From: Chthonomonadales bacterium
Lineage (GTDB): Bacteria; Armatimonadota; Chthonomonadetes; Chthonomonadales; CAJBBX01
Assembly (NCBI GenBank): GCA_049967475.1
Contig: JBMFSQ010000005.1
Coordinates: 23,172-87,171 of the forward strand
Direction: 5' to 3'
DNA length: 64,000 nucleotides
Shown: piece by piece, positions 59,977-64,000 of the stretch
How the letters are laid out: each line of letters opens with the position of its first letter
How positions within the stretch are numbered: position 1 is the stretch's first letter
Made by a program: the position numbers and the translations under genes
The notes under the pieces: model-generated
Seen by the model: only the letters and a program-made list of their open reading frames with translations
Databases searched by the model: none
Told to the model about the DNA's origin: nothing

Positions 59977-60172
59977 GAAAAGACCTTTCTTGAGGAAGGA
60001 GGATCCGGCTCCCCCCAGCCGCACTCATGGCATCTGTTGTGCAGCCGGTTCGTTATTCCGTATATCGGCACGAAGCTGCTGGTGTTTTTAGGGGTGCCCA
60101 CGCTCTCCGACGCCGAGGGATGCCCAAATGCCGGATTATGGGGAAGGTGAGCACTCGGAGGCCGGCGCACTC

Positions 60173-61042
60173 CTACGCGTTGAGGCGTTCTGCCCAAAGA
60201 AGGCGATTGCGTACCTTCCGGTAGAAGCTCGCGTGCCCGAGCGTAACGAGCCTGGTGCAAAACTCTGCCCGGCGCACATCCACACGATCGCCAGGCTCGA
60301 GGGGAAAGGCACGGCCTCCGTCTGCACTGAATAGTGCTTGCCCCCGCTCGAAGCGCAGAGTAACGGACACGGTTTCATCACAAGGTATGACCAATGGCCG
60401 TGCGGACAGCGTATGGGGGCATATCGGCACCACGAGCAAAGCCTGCACTGTGGGCTCAACCAACGGCCCGCCTGCAGAGAGGGCATACGCTGTAGACCCG
60501 GTGGGAGTGGCTACGATTACGCCATCGGCAGCGTACGTTGCAATCTCTTCGCCGCCAAACCATGTCTCCAGAAGCATCATTCGCGCGACGGTGCCCTGGG
60601 TTAGGACCACGTCGTTGAGGCCAATGGCGCTGAATACCACCCGGCCCTGGCGCATCACATCGCCTCGAAGCATCATCCGCTCTTCGATTGCTGTGCGCCC
60701 GGCAAGAACATCATCCAAATGGGGCAGCAAATCTCCTGGGTGTGTTTCGGCAATAAAGCCGAAGTGCCCCATGTGCACACCCAGTATCGGCACGCCCTTG
60801 GGCGCGGCAACGTGGCTGGCCGTGAGAATGGTCCCATCACCGCCCAGCGTCACGATCAGGTCCGTGTCCGCAAGCTCGCCTTCCGAGCAGGCATACTCGC
60901 GGCACCCGATTTTGTCTGCTGCGGATGCCTCCACGCACACGCAGATGCCGCGCTCCCTAAGCCAGCCTATCACCTGCTTAGCGAACTCCAAAGCCTCGGG
61001 GCGGGTGGAATTGGCTAAGATCCCCACCTTCTTACAGGCCAT
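60173..61042 (-). CDS. nadK: NAD(+) kinase
   Basis: LGGDGTIL, LNDVV, ADGVIVATPTGSTAYALSAGGP. Confidence 0.95.
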   Translation of the reverse strand: MACKKVGILANSTRPEALEFAKQVIGWLRERGICVCVEASAADKIGCREYACSEGELADTDLIVTLGGDGTILTASHVAAPKGVPILGVHMGHFGFIAETHPGDLLPHLDDVLAGRTAIEERMMLRGDVMRQGRVVFSAIGLNDVVLTQGTVARMMLLETWFGGEEIATYAADGVIVATPTGSTAYALSAGGPLVEPTVQALLVVPICPHTLSARPLVIPCDETVSVTLRFERGQALFSADGGRAFPLEPGDRVDVRRAEFCTRLVTLGHASFYRKVRNRLLWAERLNA

Positions 61043-61069
61043 GCTGCCCCACTCCCCTCACCGGATTGT

Positions 61070-61759
61070 TCACTTCCAGTTCGCGGGGTTGGCCAGCCAA
61101 TCCTTCATCGTCGGCACGGACTCTAGCTTGACGACACTGCCGTGGGGCGGCACGAAGAAGAACGTGGGGGTTACGTGTACCTCTAGGCGGTTGGCCAGGT
61201 CTGCATCCTGCTCGTAGGCTTTGCGCACTGCGTCCCCGGTGATATCGCTCCGAAAGCGCAGCACGTCGAGTTTCGCATCGGCCGCCAGCTTCGTAAGGGC
61301 ATTCATCACTTCAGCAGGGTTGGTGGTTTCGAACAGGTTCTGGTTTTGGTAAAGTACGTCATGCATGGCCCAGAATTTGCCCTGAAGTGCCGCGGCCTCC
61401 GCCGCCATCGTTAGGGTGGGGCTGTTGATGTGGCTCCTATTGACGACCATCGGGTGGAATACAAGGCTCAGGCGTTTTCGGTTCTCCCGCAGGATCTTGT
61501 CTACGATCTTTTGCCCTGCGGCGCAGCTAGGGCATTGATAATCGCCGAATTCCACCAGCACGAAAGGCGCCTTAGGATCTCCCTTGCGGTGGCTCCATGG
61601 GGGAACCAAGACGTCCCGCGTGAGGGACACTTGCTTGGGCGCCGGCGCAGGGGGCGAGGGGCTTCGCCCGGAGAGGGATGGATACACCGCGATCCCGGCC
61701 AGCACCAGCGCCGCCAAAAGGATGCCTGCAAACAACTTCACTTCCCCAGATGATTTCAC
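61070..61759 (-). CDS. DsbA/BdbD family thiol-disulfide oxidoreductase
   Basis: N-terminal TM, EFGDYQCPSC, VHVTPTFF; AAGGAG RBS with GTG overlapping the VKOR stop. Confidence 0.9.
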   Translation of the reverse strand: MKSSGEVKLFAGILLAALVLAGIAVYPSLSGRSPSPPAPAPKQVSLTRDVLVPPWSHRKGDPKAPFVLVEFGDYQCPSCAAGQKIVDKILRENRKRLSLVFHPMVVNRSHINSPTLTMAAEAAALQGKFWAMHDVLYQNQNLFETTNPAEVMNALTKLAADAKLDVLRFRSDITGDAVRKAYEQDADLANRLEVHVTPTFFFVPPHGSVVKLESVPTMKDWLANPANWK

Positions 61760-62229
61760 TGAGCCGCTCCTTGCGCAACCCGGCGGGTACCGAGGCGCTC
61801 TGCTGAAAGCATCACGAACATTGCCAGCACAATCACAGCGGAGGCCACGCACCACTGGCACCATGCCCGGATCACGTAGGCTTCCAGATAGGTGAGCCAT
61901 GCACTCACCAGTAAGCTTGCTGCGCTGAGGAGCCACTGCGCCATGGCAACGGCCCTATGGCGACCCGCGTCCTGAACCCCTGCTCTGATGACGCATAGTA
62001 GGCCCATTGCTGCGTACATCGCGAGGCCGAACGCAGCCGTTGGGATCGCCCTAAGCATCGGGATCCCAAAGCCCTTGGCTGTGTAGTGGGCTGCTACCTC
62101 CTCGCATCCCCGGACGGCTGAGCAGCCCAAATCTATGTAATTGAGATGCGCCAACGTGAGATAGCCCGATACCCCGATGCCTGCCAACGCAAGCACAAAA
62201 AGAATGCGATTGGTGAGCGCAGAGTTCAT
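61756..62229 (-). CDS. Vitamin K epoxide reductase (VKOR) family protein
   Basis: CSAVRGCEEV, YLEAYVIRAWCQWC. Confidence 0.9.
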   Translation of the reverse strand: MNSALTNRILFVLALAGIGVSGYLTLAHLNYIDLGCSAVRGCEEVAAHYTAKGFGIPMLRAIPTAAFGLAMYAAMGLLCVIRAGVQDAGRHRAVAMAQWLLSAASLLVSAWLTYLEAYVIRAWCQWCVASAVIVLAMFVMLSAERLGTRRVAQGAAQ

Positions 62230-63125
62230 GGTTTCCTGGATCTGGAAGATTGTCCGAGCTTCGCACCCCCTGGAACGGCTGGAGAGGGGACAGGGGGCTT
62301 GCCCTCGCCCTCGTCCGTGTCCTCTACCGGCATGCGGATGGTTCCCTTCCGCATGATGATGCGTTCGTCGCCCTCTGTGGTGTAGAGTGTGACGTCGCCG
62401 GCCGTGTCGCCATTCATGCCCTTCGTGTCTTCAATGTGGACGGGCCCATGCAACAGCACCCGCTCTTCCTTCCCCCACCACTCTGCGTGATCCGCAGTAA
62501 GGGTGCGCACCTTGTCGGGAAGCGCCTGCGTTACCTTGAAATGCCCGGTAAGCAGCGCGTACTTCACGTTTCGGTCGTAATGGTACTCCGCGCGGTCGCA
62601 GGTTACGACGGCAGGGTATTTACGCGGCGAGTCTTTATCTTCCTCATCCGGGGTTTGCGGCACTTCGGCCTTTCCGTTCCGGATAGACACCTGGGCAGGC
62701 GCGGGAGCCTCCTTTTGCTCCTTTCGCGGCTTGATGGTGATTTGCACCCGCCCGGTCAGCACCACCAGCCGCTTGGAACGAGCGTAAAACACCTGGGCTG
62801 TGTCTGCCGTGCCGTCCGCTTGAGGATCCTTGAGGCTGAGGTTGCCGGTCATCCGAGCCACGCGCTGCTTCGTGTTCCACCGCCCATCGTCGGCGTGGAT
62901 CACCGTTTGGTCATCTACGATTTCAATGTTCCGGGCAGAACCTTCGCCGGTGCTCTCGTTCTGGATGATGTTCTCGCCGGACACTTGCACGATCTCCGGC
63001 TTGTGCGTTGCCGCGTCCTTGGAGCCCTGCACTGCTTTGGATGGGGCCTGCGGCACAGCAGCGCACGCGCAAAAGACCGCCGCGACACCGGTCACAAAGA
63101 TTGCACCCGCGTTGCATCTGCTCAT
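62226..63125 (-). CDS. LptA/OstA-like beta-jellyroll protein
   Basis: Signal/lipoprotein-like N-terminus; repeated strands (IHADDGRWN, TADTAQVFY, VVLTGRVQI, TCDRAEYHY). Confidence 0.65.
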   Translation of the reverse strand: MSRCNAGAIFVTGVAAVFCACAAVPQAPSKAVQGSKDAATHKPEIVQVSGENIIQNESTGEGSARNIEIVDDQTVIHADDGRWNTKQRVARMTGNLSLKDPQADGTADTAQVFYARSKRLVVLTGRVQITIKPRKEQKEAPAPAQVSIRNGKAEVPQTPDEEDKDSPRKYPAVVTCDRAEYHYDRNVKYALLTGHFKVTQALPDKVRTLTADHAEWWGKEERVLLHGPVHIEDTKGMNGDTAGDVTLYTTEGDERIIMRKGTIRMPVEDTDEGEGKPPVPSPAVPGGAKLGQSSRSRKP

Positions 63126-63907
63126 GGCGATTGGTAGAGCGATTGTGCCCCGCCTTCTATACGGAAGAGGAGCCGTCCCTTGTTCGCCCGAAACGTGGGT
63201 GTAGGCTTCAACTGCAGGCGCACGCCCTGCGCGGAATAATCATAGCCTGGGCGGCTTCCCCAAACCTGGCCAGGCATCTCTACGAGACCCTTCGCTAGAT
63301 CCCAAAAGAGTGCCGAGGTCCGCACGGGATATCCACCCACGACGCCTTCGGCGCCCTGGGGACATTCCACGCGGCGCGCCCGAGGCGAGAAGAAGAGAAC
63401 GGGCGCCTTGATGCGATCTGCGCCGAATTGGGCTTCTGCGCCGGATGGAAATTGCACCGTGTCGTCCGCCTGAAACCATACCAGGCTTGAAGCCCGGATG
63501 TGATCGTGCGGGGGGATCTGCACCGATATATCGCCTCGGACGACCCATTGCTGCGCAAGGCGATCATAGGTAGCGGATCGGGCAGAGAAGGTCGCTTCCG
63601 GGCGGTTCCCTCGGTACACCGTGCCCTCGTGGAGCCCTGCAAACTCGGCGCGATCCACTTCCGTTACATCCCCTCCTGGGCGGCGTTGGAGGTCCACACG
63701 ATCGCAAACTACCGTCCACTGCAGCATCCCACCGGATCGCGCGGCCACGCGTGAGCGCCCCAGGCGAATTGCGATCGCGCCGAGACCGGCCTCGCGGTAG
63801 AAGCCGTTCTCTTCTGCACCAGGCTCGTATGCCTGCACGAAGCGCAAAAGCCGGACGAGCGCCGCAAGTGCAGCCAGAGCGATTAGGCTGGGAAGCAAAC
63901 GACGCAT
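63122..63907 (-). CDS. LptC-like beta-jellyroll membrane-anchored protein
   Basis: N-terminal TM; WTVVCDRV, FSARSATYD, IRASSLVW, TSALFWD strands; coupled to the LptA-like gene. Confidence 0.55.
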   Translation of the reverse strand: MRRLLPSLIALAALAALVRLLRFVQAYEPGAEENGFYREAGLGAIAIRLGRSRVAARSGGMLQWTVVCDRVDLQRRPGGDVTEVDRAEFAGLHEGTVYRGNRPEATFSARSATYDRLAQQWVVRGDISVQIPPHDHIRASSLVWFQADDTVQFPSGAEAQFGADRIKAPVLFFSPRARRVECPQGAEGVVGGYPVRTSALFWDLAKGLVEMPGQVWGSRPGYDYSAQGVRLQLKPTPTFRANKGRLLFRIEGGAQSLYQSP

Positions 63908-64000
63908 CAGGCCGCCGCACCTTCCCGAGAACCCGGCACTCGTGCCCTCGATGCGGATACGCCCGGCGGGTTCAGCCGCGCCGTGACCGCGATGTTATCG

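Noticed and set aside
63907..64000. 3' end of an upstream minus-strand gene (TGA overlapping the ATG at 63907)
   Set aside because: Only about 30 codons are visible, too few to identify.

Overview
GC-rich bacterial chromosomal segment with about 68 densely packed genes. I found no CRISPR array, integrase, transposase or prophage. The gene content (a DUF1559-type prepilin-like protein, LptA/LptC-like and LolA-like envelope proteins alongside DivIVA/YggT and greA-lysS) suggests a diderm Terrabacteria member, probably Armatimonadota (inference). Housekeeping genes: gatCAB, purS/purQ/purN, greA, lysS, pcm, glyQ, murF, ddl, nadK and tmRNA (tag ANAQPYALAA). Accessory modules: ArsR-RND-DUF2892/DUF302; ECF sigma/anti-sigma/RseB-like; Wzc/Wza; a sugar ABC system with no ATPase; a NifX/MinD-like Fe-S ATPase ('Orange protein'-type) cluster with PadR; and a type IV pilus locus. 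Most notable observations: (1) an operon in which a prepilin-type DUF1559 (H-X9-DG) protein, FmdE and a complete ECF S/T/A transporter sit behind a NikR-like palindrome, a candidate pilin-assisted metal uptake system; (2) an 832-bp tandem duplication of the pilin gene that places another gene's promoter in front of one copy; (3) an orphan CcrM-like methyltransferase among core genes; (4) an identical ECF-type promoter (GGGAAC-N16-CGTCCTGAAAGT) at two loci 14 kb apart; (5) a membrane-anchored zinc-ribbon protein fused to an L7/L12 C-terminal domain. All family assignments come from motif recognition, not database searches.
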